From an uncultured Acidimicrobiia bacterium (GTDB lineage Bacteria; Actinomycetota; Acidimicrobiia; Acidimicrobiales; AC-14): a stretch of 64,000 nucleotides of DNA. Each line of letters begins with the position of its first letter. Position 1 is the stretch's first letter. This document shows positions 23,763-34,020 of this stretch, piece after piece. The stretch spans positions 32,001 to 96,000 of the forward strand of contig CAWIIV010000014.1 in the NCBI GenBank assembly GCA_963836205.1, given 5' to 3'. The notes beneath the pieces are model-generated. The model was not told the DNA's origin and ran no database searches. It worked only from the letters and a program-made list of their open reading frames with translations. A program made the translations under genes and the position numbers.

Positions 23763-25489
23763 GGCCACACCGACCCGGTGTACTGCGTTACTTACCACCC
23801 CGACGGTGCCCACGCCCTCAGCGGCGGCCACGACCGCACGGTGCGGGTGTGGGACCTGGCCACCGGGGTCTGCGAGCGGGTCCTCGAAGGACACACCGGC
23901 TCGGTGAACAGCGTCGCCTACCACCCCGACGGCGCCCACGCCCTCAGCGGCGACATCGACGGCAAGGTGCGGGTGTGGGACCTGGCCACCGGGGCCGGCG
24001 AGCGGGTCCTCGAAGGCCACACCGGCTCGGTGCTCAGCGTCGCCTACCACCCCGACGGCGCCCACGCCCTCACGCGACATCGACGGCAAGGTGCGGGTGT
24101 GGGACCTGGCCACCGGGGTCTGCGAGCGGGTCCTCGAAGGCCACACCGGCCCGGTGAACAGCGTCGCCTGCCACCCCGACGGCGTCCACGCCCTCAGCGG
24201 CGACATCGACGGCACGGTGCGGGTGTGGGACCTGGCCAGCGGGGCCTGCGAGCGGGTCCTCGAAGGACACACCGGCTCGGTGAACAGCGTCGCCTACCAC
24301 CCCGACGGCGCCCACGCCCTCAGCGGCGACATCGACGGCAAGGTGCGGGTGTGGGACCTGGCCACCGGGGCCGGCGAGCGGGTCCTCGAAGGCCACACCG
24401 GCTCGGTGCTCAGCGTCGCCTACCACCCCGACGGCGGCCACGCCCTCAGCGGCGGCCACGACCGCACAGTGAGGGTCTGGGACCTGGCCAGCGGGGCCTG
24501 CGAGCGGGTCCTCGAAGGACACACCGGCCCGGTGGACAGCGTCGCCTACCACCCCGACGGTGCCCACGCCCTCAGCGGCGGCGTCGACCGCACGGTGCGG
24601 GTGTGGAACCTGGCCAGCGGCGCCTGCGAAGGGGTCCTCGAAGGACACACCGACATGGTTTTCTGCGTCGGCTACCACCCCGACGGCGGCCACGCCCTCA
24701 GCGGCGGCGGCGACCGCACGGTGAGGGTGTGGGACCTGGCCAGCGGCGCCTGTGAGCGGGTCCTCGAAGGCCACACCGGCTCGGTGCTCAGCGTCGCCTA
24801 CCACCCCGACGGTGCCCACGCCCTCAGCGGCGGCGACGATCGCACGGTGCGGGTGTGGAACCTGGCCAGCGGCGCCTGTGAGCGGGTCCTCGAAGGACAC
24901 GCCGGCTCGGTGCTCAGCGTCGCCTACCACCCCGACGGCGCACACGCCCTCAGCGGCGGCGTCGACCGCACGGTGCGGGTGTGGAACCTGGCCAGCGGCG
25001 CCTGCGAAGGGGTCCTCGAAGGACACACCGACATGGTTTTCTGCGTCGGCTACCACCCCGACGGCGGCCACGCCCTCAGCGGCGGCGGCGACAACACGGT
25101 GCGGGTGTGGGACCTGGCCAGCGGCGCCTGTGAGCGGGTCCTCGAAGGACACGCCGGCTCGGTGCTCAGCGTCGCCTACCACCCCGACGGCGCCCACGCC
25201 CTCAGCGGCGGCGTCGACCGCACGGTGCGGGTGTGGGACCTGGCGAGCGGCGCCTGTGAGCGGATCCTCGAAGGACACACCGAGTCGGTGCACAACGTCG
25301 CCTATCACCCCGACGGCGCCCGCGCCCTCAGTGGCGGCTCCGACGAAACGGTGCGGGTGTGGGACATGACTGCCGGCGCCTGCGAGCGGGTGCTCGAAGG
25401 CCACAGCGGATGGGTGCACAGCATCGCCTACCACCCAGACGGCAGCACGGTTCTCTCGGCGGCCGGCAATGGCGTTCTGCGGATCTGGC
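23763..25489 (+). repeat. 14 x 126-bp highly similar WD40 coding repeats
   Basis: Repeating ctcgaaggacacaccggc...caccccgacggc...gtgcgggtgtgggacctggcc. Confidence 0.95.
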
Positions 25490-26841
25490 CGGCTGAGCTG
25501 ATCGCTAGCTTCCAGGGCCCCTCGACCAAGTTCGTGACCTACTCAAACGCCAAGGTAGTGCTGGTCGGCGAGAGCCAGGCCGGCAAGAGCGGCCTGGCCA
25601 TGAGGCTGGCCCACGATCGCTGGGAGCACTCGGAGTCCACGGTCGGAGCGTGGGCAACCTGGCTCCCGGTGCGTTCCCCCGCCGGGCCGGGCAATCAGGA
25701 TCTGGATCGGGAGATCTGGTTGTGGGACTTCGGTGGACAGGCTGATCAGCGGCTCATCCACCAGCTGTACCTGGGGGACGCCGCGCTCGCCGTGCTCGTC
25801 TTCGACGGCCAACGCGACGACGTCGTGGCCCGCCTGTGGGACTGGAACCGTGCACTTGCGTCGAGCGGACGCGACTATCCCCGGATCCTCGTGGCGGCCC
25901 GTACCGACATCAACCCGGTGAGGCTGAGCACCGACGAGCTCGAAGAGTTTCGGGACGCAGCCGGCTTCGGCGCCTATGTGGAGACCAGCGCAAAGGACGA
26001 CGTCGGCTGCCACGAGCTTCGGGACGTTGTCCTCGCCGCTATCGACTGGTCGAGGGTCCCGTGGCGGTCGTCGCCCCAAACATTCCGGAGGCTCAAGCAG
26101 GAGATCCTCGCCCTGCGCGACAGCGGACGGGTCCTCACATCGGTCAAGGTCCTGCGCGACTGGCTGGCGGGGCGGGTCGACGACCTCCGGCCCGAGGAGC
26201 TCGACGCCGTAATCGGGCTGCTAGCCGGGCCGGGCGCAGTCATGCCGCTCGACTTCGGCGACTACGTCCTGCTCCAGCCCGAGCTGCTCAACGCCTACGC
26301 CCAGGCCGTCATCCGCAGCTTCCGCGACGACCCCCAGGAGCGGGGCTGCATCCTGGAGGAGCGGGTTCTGGCCGGTGACCTCGCCTATCCGAGCGACTTC
26401 GTCCGTCTGCCGCAGGCGGACGAAGCAATCGTGCTGCGGGCCATGCACAAGCAGCTCGTCGAACGTGCGATCTGTTTGAGGGACCAGGACCCGAAGGGGA
26501 AGCGGCCGACCACGCTCGTGTTCCCCAGCTATTTCCGCCGGGAGCGACCCGACCGTCCCACCCAGCCGATTGCTTTCATGACCTACAGCTTCGACGGATA
26601 CCTCGACGAGGTCTACGCCACGCTCGTCGTCAGGCTCCACCACACCGAGCCCTTCACCAGCGCCGAGTTGTGGCGCAACGCCGCCGACTTCACGACCCTC
26701 GGAGGGAACGAGATCGGGATACGCCTGGTGGCGAAGTCGGACGGTACGGGTGCGCTGATACACCTCCGACAGGGTCCCCCACTCGCTTGAGCAGGGGTCC
26801 CAGCGTGGAGTCGGCAACCCCGACCTCACAGGAGGATTCCG

Positions 26842-28245
26842 ATGGCCCACGTTGGAGGACAGCTTCAAGCGCAGTTCATGGCCCGTATCCGCGGGCGTGA
26901 CCCCGAGCGTTGCCTGGTGGTGCCCGTCGACGTCGGCAAGTCGTCGGCGATGGCGCTCGTCGCCGACCACTACGGCGAGATGGTCGTGGCGCCCTTCGAG
27001 TTCGTCCTCACCGAGACCGGGTTCGCGGTGCTGTCGGGAGCGATCGCCCGGGCCGAGGCGACGCGCTCGGCCGAGGTCGTGCGGGTCGGGGTGGAATCGG
27101 CCGGGCACTACCACCGCACGCTCGTGGCCCGCCTGCGGGCCGGCGGCCACGAGGTCGTCGAGCTCAACCCGGCGGCGGTGAAGGAGGCCCGGTCCCAGCA
27201 GCTGCTGCGCCGCCTCAAGAGCGACGCCCGGGACCTGGGGGCGATGGCCGAGCTGATGATCCGTGGCGCCGGCCGCCCCCCGGCGGTGCGCACCGACGCC
27301 CTGGCCACCCAGGGCGCATGGGTCGCCCACCGCCGGCGCAAGGTGTCGGCCCGGGTGGCGCTGGCCAACCAGGTCATCGGCCAGCTCGACCTGGTCTTCC
27401 CCGGCCTCGACGGCTGCTTCTCCGACCTGCTCGGCGCCCGCGCCGGGCGGGTGATCGTCACCCACATCTGCGACCCCGACCGCGTCCGGCGCCAGGGGAT
27501 CGAGGGCCTGCGTCGCTTCGTGGCCCGACGAGGCGTGACGCTGTCGGGGCCCAAGGCCACCCAGGTTGTCGAGGCGGCCCGGGTGGCGCTGCGCCTGCCA
27601 GCCGCAGAGCGGGCCGTCCTGGGCAGGGTCTTAGCCGCTGACCTGGCTCTTCTCGCCAGCCTCGAGGCCGGGATCGTCGCCGCCGAGGTGTCCCTGGCCG
27701 AGGTCCTGGCGGACACCCCGGCGCGGATACTGACCTCCCTGCCCGGGGTGGCGGTGGTGCGGGCCTCGAACTACGGCGCCGGCATCGGCGACCCGGCCCG
27801 GTTCCCGAACGCGGCCGCCGCCTACCGGGCGGCGGGCCTGGTCCCGACGCTGTACGAGTCGGCCGGGAAATCCCGGTCCCGCCAGCACATCAGCCGGGAA
27901 GGCTCCGTCGAGCTGCGCCAGGCGATCATCGAGCTCGGCCGGGGCCTGGCCCAGCACGAGGCCGACTTCCGCCACTACCGCCGCCGGATCCTCGACTCGG
28001 GCAAGCCGGCCTCGGTGGCGGCCGTCGCCGTCGGCCATCGGGCCCACCGCCTGGCCTTCGCCATGCTGCGCGACCAGTTGCCCTACGACCCGGCCCGATG
28101 GACCGAGTCGGTGGCGGCGGGCATGACCGCCATGGCGAAGACCCGACGGGCCCACCAGAACGACGTGACGTGCCCGCCGCCGGCCACCAGCGTGCCCGAA
28201 GGGGGTGAGGCCGACAACACCACCGCCAGACGCTCTCGGGGCTGA
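26842..28245 (+). CDS. IS110 DEDD recombinase/transposase
   Basis: VDVGK, VESAG, KSDARD (DEDD); SLPGVA and GLVP..YESAG..ISREGS Tnp domain; GGAGG RBS. Confidence 0.95.
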   Translation: MAHVGGQLQAQFMARIRGRDPERCLVVPVDVGKSSAMALVADHYGEMVVAPFEFVLTETGFAVLSGAIARAEATRSAEVVRVGVESAGHYHRTLVARLRAGGHEVVELNPAAVKEARSQQLLRRLKSDARDLGAMAELMIRGAGRPPAVRTDALATQGAWVAHRRRKVSARVALANQVIGQLDLVFPGLDGCFSDLLGARAGRVIVTHICDPDRVRRQGIEGLRRFVARRGVTLSGPKATQVVEAARVALRLPAAERAVLGRVLAADLALLASLEAGIVAAEVSLAEVLADTPARILTSLPGVAVVRASNYGAGIGDPARFPNAAAAYRAAGLVPTLYESAGKSRSRQHISREGSVELRQAIIELGRGLAQHEADFRHYRRRILDSGKPASVAAVAVGHRAHRLAFAMLRDQLPYDPARWTESVAAGMTAMAKTRRAHQNDVTCPPPATSVPEGGEADNTTARRSRG

Positions 28246-28257
28246 AACGCCCCGAGA

Positions 28258-28428
28258 TCGGCGGCGGGGGGCCCGGACCGATGTCGAGTGCGCTACGACG
28301 TCCTTCGGGAACGTCGCTTCTAGCATGACGCCGGGTCCCTCCCACTGAAGCGAGCGCGAACGTGGTTGCCTGACCCGCCCTCGGGCGAGGTCGCGTATGT
28401 CAGCGTGTGCCGCGAGGGAGGCCGCCGA
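28258..28428 (+). ncRNA. Putative bridge RNA in the IS110 3' end
   Basis: Closing stem tcggcggc/gccgccga; target loop gtgcgcta-[cUUCGg hairpin]-tctagc; donor loop ggttgc-[hairpin]-tcagc; guides match target and donor junctions. Confidence 0.8.
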
Positions 28429-28501
28429 ACCGGAAATCACCCCGAACCGGATCGACGCGCCCCTCGACGGACGCCTACTTCACCGCGGCTCCACAAGACT
28501 G

Positions 28502-28522
28502 TTGACAAACCAGACGGTTGCT
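28502..28522 (+). promoter_or_regulatory. -35 half of the IS circle-junction promoter
   Basis: TTGACA at 28502; after circularisation it is followed by exactly 17 nt and then TACACC (26759-26764). Confidence 0.75.
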
Positions 28523-29639
28523 AGATCTCCACTGCGACCCCTCGACCCGCGGGGCTACCAGGTGCTCTTCGCCAAGTACGTCCAGGACCACCTCGACGGC
28601 AACGCCAGACGCGTGGCGCGCCTGCGTACCTACATCTGCCCCACCTGTGGTACGCCGGTCGAGAACCGGGCGACGGCGCTCAAGCGCCTACTCGACAACA
28701 AGCCTGACATCGCTTGCCAGGATTGCGAGGCCCGCATTCCGCTGTGGGACGAGATCGAGCAGCTGCTCGCGAGCGACGACCTGCGGTCACAAGTCGCCGC
28801 CCTGCGGGCCGGGTCGAGCAGCGTCCTGGACAACGAGAGCCGCGGGCGAATGCTCGTCGGCGACGTCTACTCGACCGTCGCCCGAGCGGGGCAGATCGCC
28901 CGCGAGGTCACCATCGGCGACCACGGCATCGATGTCGAGGTCGAGTTCAAGACCGACCTCGGCCAGGCCAGCGGGAGAAAGGTCTACTTACAGCTCAAGT
29001 CGGGCGACTCTCACCTCCGGGATCGTGAGCGCGACGAACACTCGCGTTTTCCGGATCCACAAACCCCGCCACGCCGACTACTGGGCTGACCAGGCATTCC
29101 CCGTGATGCTCCTCATCGGCGACAGGTCTGGCACCATCGAGTGGATGGAGATCCGCGAGCTCCTGCGCCGACAGCGGGAAACCGGTGCTTGGCCAGCAAA
29201 AGAGATCGCCTTCGTCGGCACGCGCTTCGACGTGATGAGCGTCCGCCGGTGGCGCGACGAAGCGCTCCGAACCCCATGAAACTGCCCCACATGGATGCCG
29301 GAGCTCTCCAGGCGACCCTGACGTAGGGACCGCACAGGTGCCGATGTCGGATTGGCCCGTCCGATGCCTGACCCGTCCGGCATTCGTTACAGAGTGGGTC
29401 GCCTACCGGGGACCGATTCAACATTCCGGATCCTGACGAGGGCCCGGTTCGTGGCCCCCGGTTGGTATCGCTCGGTGGGCGACGTTCCGATCGGCTACAC
29501 CGGCAGTCCCGCCGGACCACGGCACCTTGTCGTCGCCTGAGCTGATCCATCCACCCGACCGGGACAATCGATCATGCCCCCCTGCCCAGGGGATTCTCAA
29601 GCAGAGATCTGCGAGAGCTCCTCGGCTCGCGGCGGGGCC

Positions 29640-30060
29640 TGCCGCCGGGCCATGATGCGACCGACGTTTCGGGGTCGAAGAACTCCGGGACGGGGAGGGT
29701 GCCAGCCTGCACGCTGACGAAGTCGGCGCTGGCGTCGTCATTCGTACTCACGGCCCCGAGGAGTTGCTGCATCTCGACCGGCGGCGGTTCGAGCGTCGCG
29801 AACTGACATGTCATGTCGTACATCGCCATGGCGTGCTCGTCGCGGGTCCTCTGGGTTGGAACCCATCGCGTCCTCGAAGCTCTGGCGCACGGAAAACGCC
29901 TGGTCGAGGGCGACGGTGATGCGTTCGGCGTCGACGAAGGCATCGGTCATGCCCATCCCAGTGATCGGGTGCTTGTGGTATCCGGCGTCGCCGACGAGTC
30001 CCCATCCCGCGCCGAAAGGCTGCCGGAAGTAGCCGCGCAGATCGACGGTGCCCCATTAGC
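29640..30060 (-). pseudogene. 3' fragment of an FAD-dependent oxidoreductase
   Basis: GWGLVGDAGYHKHPITGMGMTDAF...TCQFATLEPPP split over frames; no N-terminal GxGxxG. Confidence 0.7.
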
Positions 30061-30084
30061 GCGACTTCCCGGCTGCCCACGCTG

Positions 30085-30385
30085 ACCCGCCCGGCGACAC
30101 TCGTTCAGGACCGCGCCGTGGTGGAAGCTGATCATTCCGCGCCGCCCGGTACGCCCCGAGCGCATCGCGCTCCTCGCGGAAGGCCCGGTACGCCTGTTCG
30201 TACATGTCGCGGCTCTCGCGGCTGTAGTTGTCCCGCTGATGGAGGGCCGCGGCCAAAGCCTCCAACGTCGTCCCCGACGAGTCGAGCGCGACGGCGGCCG
30301 CGAAGGCAGTGAGCGCAGCTGAGGAATCACCGATCCGGAGGGCCGTCGTCCCCTCCGTCAGCAGGGCCCTGACGTCGGCATGCAC
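30085..30385 (-). pseudogene. 5' fragment of a helical/TPR (LuxR-associated type) regulator
   Basis: ALRIGD..AALTAF...YEQAYRAFREERDALGAYRAAR-MISF, then abruptly lost. Confidence 0.45.
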
Positions 30386-30550
30386 AGCGCCGATGATCGC
30401 ATCCGACGAAGGGACTTCGTGCTCGCGCCCCGCCGGTCGCCGCCATGAACACCGTACCGCGAGGGAGGGGGCTTGCCGCAAGCGACCCAATCGTGCTGAC
30501 CATTGATTCGTCAGTCTGAGCCGATCACGGCCAGAACCTTGGGAGCGCCG

Positions 30551-32022
30551 ATGCCAGAACATGCTGTAGTGATCGCGGGAGGTGGCCCGACCGGGCTCAT
30601 GTTGGGGGCCGAGTTGACGCTGGCGGGGATCGACGTCGTCATCGTCGAACGGCGTGCCAGCCAGGAGCTCGACGGCTCGCGAGCCGGGGGACTGCACGCC
30701 CGCACCATCGAGGTGCTCGATCAGCGTGGCGTCGCCGAACGATTCCTCTCGGCGGGGAAGGTCCATCCATTCGTGGGCTACGCCGGGACCTTTCTGGACA
30801 TCAGCGACTTCCCCACCCGCCACAACTACATCCTCGGCCTCTGGCAGAGCCACTTCGAGCGCATCCTGGCCGGCTGGGTCGAGGAGCTCGGGGTTCCGAT
30901 CCTTCGCCAGCTGCGAGGTGGTGGGCTTCGCCCAGGACGACACCGGCGTCGATGTCGAGCTGTCCGGCGACACGTCGCTGCGGGCGGAGTACCTCGTCGG
31001 GTGCGACGGAGGACGCAGCCTGGTCCGCAAGGCGGCCGGCATCGACTTCCCGGGGTGGGACCCGACGACCAGCTACATGATCGCCGAGGTCGAGATGGAC
31101 GAGAAGCCAGAGGTCGGTATGCGCCCCGAGGGTGGTGGCCTCGGTCCCGTCAACCCCGAAACGGGTGGAGGGCCGTACCGGGTCGTCCTGCTCGAGAAGG
31201 ATGTCGAACACACCCGCGAGCCCACCCTCCAGGACCTCAGCGAGACGCTCATCGCCGCCTACGGGACGGACTTCGGGGTGCACAGCCCCACCTGGATCTC
31301 CCGATTCACCGACATGACCCGGCAGGCGGCGTCCTACCGCGAGGGACGGGTGCTGCTCGCCGGCGACGCCGCCCACATCCATGGCCCGCAAGGTGGCCAG
31401 GGCCTCAACACGGGCGTGCAGGATGCCGTGAACCTCGGATGGAAGCTGGCCCAGGTGGTCAACCGGACGTCACCCGAAAGCCTCCTGGACACCTACCACG
31501 CCGAACGGCACCCGGTCGGGGCCCGGGTGTTGCACAACACGATGGCGCCAGGTCGCGCTCAGCCGCATCGACGAGCGCAGCCGGGCCCTCCGCGACACCA
31601 TGATGGAGCAGCTGAGCATGGACGAGCCCCGCAGGCGCATCGCGGGGATGATCTCCGGTCTCGACATCCACTACGACCTCGGAGAGGGGCACCCGCTGCT
31701 CGGGCGGCGCATGCCCGACCTCGACCTGCGCACCCCGGATGGCCCCACCCGGGTGTTCACCCTGCTGCACGACGCCCGGCCCGTGCTCCTCAACCTCGGA
31801 GAGCCCGGCGGTTTCGACATCTCTCCGTGGGCGGATCGAGTCCGTTCGGTCGACGCCAGCCACGATGGCGGGTGGGAGCTCCCGGTCCTGGGCGAGGTCG
31901 CTGCTCCACCGGCCGTGTTGATCCGACCCGACGGGTACGTCGCCTGGGCAGGGGACCTCACGGACCCAGAGCTGCCGCAAGCCCTTGTTGCCTGGTTCGG
32001 AGCGGCCGCTCCGGCTGCCTGA
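30551..32022 (+). CDS. FAD-dependent monooxygenase (PheA/TfdB/Rox-like), frameshifted ~30910 and ~31550
   Basis: GGGPTG, GCDGGRS, GDAAHIHGPQGGQGLNTG, LIRPDGYVAW across three frames. Confidence 0.88.
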
Positions 32023-32104
32023 TCCACTCCTCTTCCCAGTGTCCTGTCACATGCGGGGTGCGGGCGGTGTCTTCATGTCGATCCCATCGACAGGAGGAGG
32101 ACGC

Positions 32105-32695
32105 ATGTCCAGCACGACACGGATTCCCAAGGCGGAGATCACCGGCTTGTACGGGTACCTCTTGAAGCGATTCACCCGGAAGCTGCTCGGTGACGTCCCC
32201 GAGCCGGCCGAGGTGATGTGGCACAACCGACGGGTGCTCACCAGCCTCACCGGTCTCGGCCGCAAGGCCCAGAAGTGGGACCAGCTCGATCCCAACCTGA
32301 AGTCGTTCGCCCACATGACGGTCGCCTCGCTGGTCGGCTGCTCGTGGTGCCTCGACTTGAACTACTTCCACACCCACAACGAGGGGCTCGACGAGGCCAA
32401 GGCCAGCGAGGTGCCCCGGTGGCGCGAGTCGACGGTGTTCACGACGCTGGAGCGTGACGTCATGGAGTACGCCGAGGCGATGAGCGAGACGCCCCCGCGG
32501 GTCACCGACGAGCTGTCCGCCCGGCTGCTCGAGCAGCTCGGTGCGCCGGCCATGGTGGAGCTCACCGCCTCGGTCGCGTTTGCCAACATGTCCACGAGGT
32601 GCAACACGGCGCTGGGGATCGAGGCCCAAGGGTTCTCCAAGGCGTGCACGATGCCGTTGGCGCAACCCGCCGCGGGGTACGCGACCTCGGTATGA
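32105..32695 (+). CDS. Carboxymuconolactone decarboxylase/AhpD family protein
   Basis: GCSWC motif, WRES.VFT..ER, YAEAMS.TP; GGAGG RBS; typical ECF41 partner. Confidence 0.88.
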   Translation: MSSTTRIPKAEITGLYGYLLKRFTRKLLGDVPEPAEVMWHNRRVLTSLTGLGRKAQKWDQLDPNLKSFAHMTVASLVGCSWCLDLNYFHTHNEGLDEAKASEVPRWRESTVFTTLERDVMEYAEAMSETPPRVTDELSARLLEQLGAPAMVELTASVAFANMSTRCNTALGIEAQGFSKACTMPLAQPAAGYATSV

Positions 32696-33562
32696 GCGAG
32701 GATGCGTTCGCGCGCCACCGCAGCCTGCTGTTCACCGTCGCCTACGAGATGCTCGGCTCCGCCTCCGACGCCGAGGACGTCGTCCAGGAGACGTGGCTGC
32801 GGTGGGCCGACGTCGACTTCGCTACGGTGCGCGATCCGCGGGCCTACCTGGTCCGCATCGTCACCCGGCAGGCGCTGAACCGATTGCGGACCCTGGCCCG
32901 ACGGCGCGAGGACTACGTCGGCGAATGGCTGCCGGAGCCGCTGCTGACGGGCCCCGAGGTCACCGCCGACATCGAGCTGGCCGAGAGCCTCTCGATGGCG
33001 ATGCTCACCGTGCTCGAGACCCTCGGTCCGGCGGAGCGGGCCGTGTTCGTACTGCGCGAGGTGTTCGAGACCCCCTACGACGAGATCGCAGAGGCGGTCG
33101 GCAAGTCACCCGCCGCCGTCCGCCAGATCGCCCATCGGGCGCGCGACCACGTCGCCGCTCGGCGGCCGCGGATTCCGGTCGGCACGACGGAGCAGGCCGG
33201 AGGCCGTGGATCGGTTCCTCGCCGCCGTCCGAGACGGCGACCTGCAAGGCCTCCTCGACGTCCTCGCCCCCGACGTCGTCGCCGTGGCCGACGGCGGAGG
33301 CTTGGCCGCCGCTGCTCGTCGCCCGATCCGGGGTGCGGAACGGGTGGCCGCCTTCCTGATCGGCGCGGCCCACTCACTGGACTTCGAGGCGACGCCCGTG
33401 TGGCTCAACGGATCACCGGGCATCCTGATCGACATCGGGGGCCAGGTCGACACCGCGGTGAGCCTCGCCGTCGAGAACGGTCGGATCACACGCATCTACG
33501 CCATCCGCAACCCCCACAAGCTGGCCCGACTCGACGGGAGCGCCACGCTCACACGGACCTGA
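32692..33562 (+). CDS. ECF41/SigJ-like sigma factor with SnoaL-like C-terminus, frameshifted ~33200
   Basis: AYEMLGSASDAEDVVQE, YVGEWLPEP, DGGG, NPHKL. Confidence 0.88.
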
Positions 33563-33834
33563 CCTGAGATTCCCGTTGGTCGGTCGGAGGTCGGCGTCCC
33601 CCTACGCCGTCCAGGTTCTGGACCCTGATCAGCGGTTATGCCCGCGTGGGCGCGCCCTCGGCCCATGCCGCGGGGCCCTTGCCGCGAGGCGATCGACAAC
33701 GCGCCCAGAGCGTCGTTCCTGCTCGTGCTTCAGGACTCGGCAGGCGGTTGACATCGAAGCGCGGGACCGGCACCAGCGTTCGGCGGGCACCTGGGGAGCC
33801 CCGCGCCGACGAGCCCTCGAAGTACCCTTGGGGG

Positions 33835-34020
33835 GTGGCTGACGCGCCGAGGCTGATCACCGCAGCGGAACTCGACGAGATGTCGCCGGACGAGAGAGCG
33901 CGAATCGTGCGCGAGCACATCGTGACCAATCTCGACCATCTCCCCGACGACTTCCGTCGCCGCATCGAGGCCACCGCCGGCCGGTTGGCCGAGCAGCTCG
34001 ATCGTCCCGCCGTCGATTGA
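33835..34020 (+). CDS. Small hypothetical protein, candidate antitoxin
   Basis: TACCCT then GTG (leaderless); 61 aa, helical and acidic; TTGA overlap with next gene. Confidence 0.6.
   Translation: MADAPRLITAAELDEMSPDERARIVREHIVTNLDHLPDDFRRRIEATAGRLAEQLDRPAVD

Larger units (their letters stand above)
26757..28522 (+). mobile_element. IS110-family insertion sequence with (G)CT core
   Basis: Left junction ggtgcgCT|gatacac, right junction cggttgCT|agatctc; no TIRs or TSD beyond the core; excision restores the host frame. Confidence 0.92.
23298..29279 (+). pseudogene. TIR - WD40x14 - Roc GTPase/COR - Zn ribbon - DUF4365-like nuclease protein, interrupted by IS110 and small frameshifts (~24073, ~28548, ~29040)
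   Basis: DVFLSH/SDWAALE TIR; 14 GH...WD repeats; GESQAGKS, WDFGGQ, RTD, ETSAK; CPTC..CQDC; DHGIDVEVE..YLQLKSG; removing the IS restores ...GTGA-LDLHCD. Confidence 0.85.

Noticed and set aside
23763-25489. Regular repeats as a CRISPR array
   Set aside because: These are 126-bp in-frame coding WD40 units with no unique spacers and no cas genes.
28502-28530. Outward hybrid promoter driving the downstream nuclease fragment in the inserted state
   Set aside because: No TANNNT at 16-18 nt from TTGACA in the chromosomal junction; the correct spacing arises only in the circle.
29588-29612. gggattctcaagcagagatct as a possible IS end remnant
   Set aside because: No partner repeat or transposase fragment is visible; too short to support.
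30551-32022. Rifampicin monooxygenase (rox) resistance gene
   Set aside because: Family-level similarity only; substrate cannot be assigned and no rifamycin-associated element was recognised upstream.
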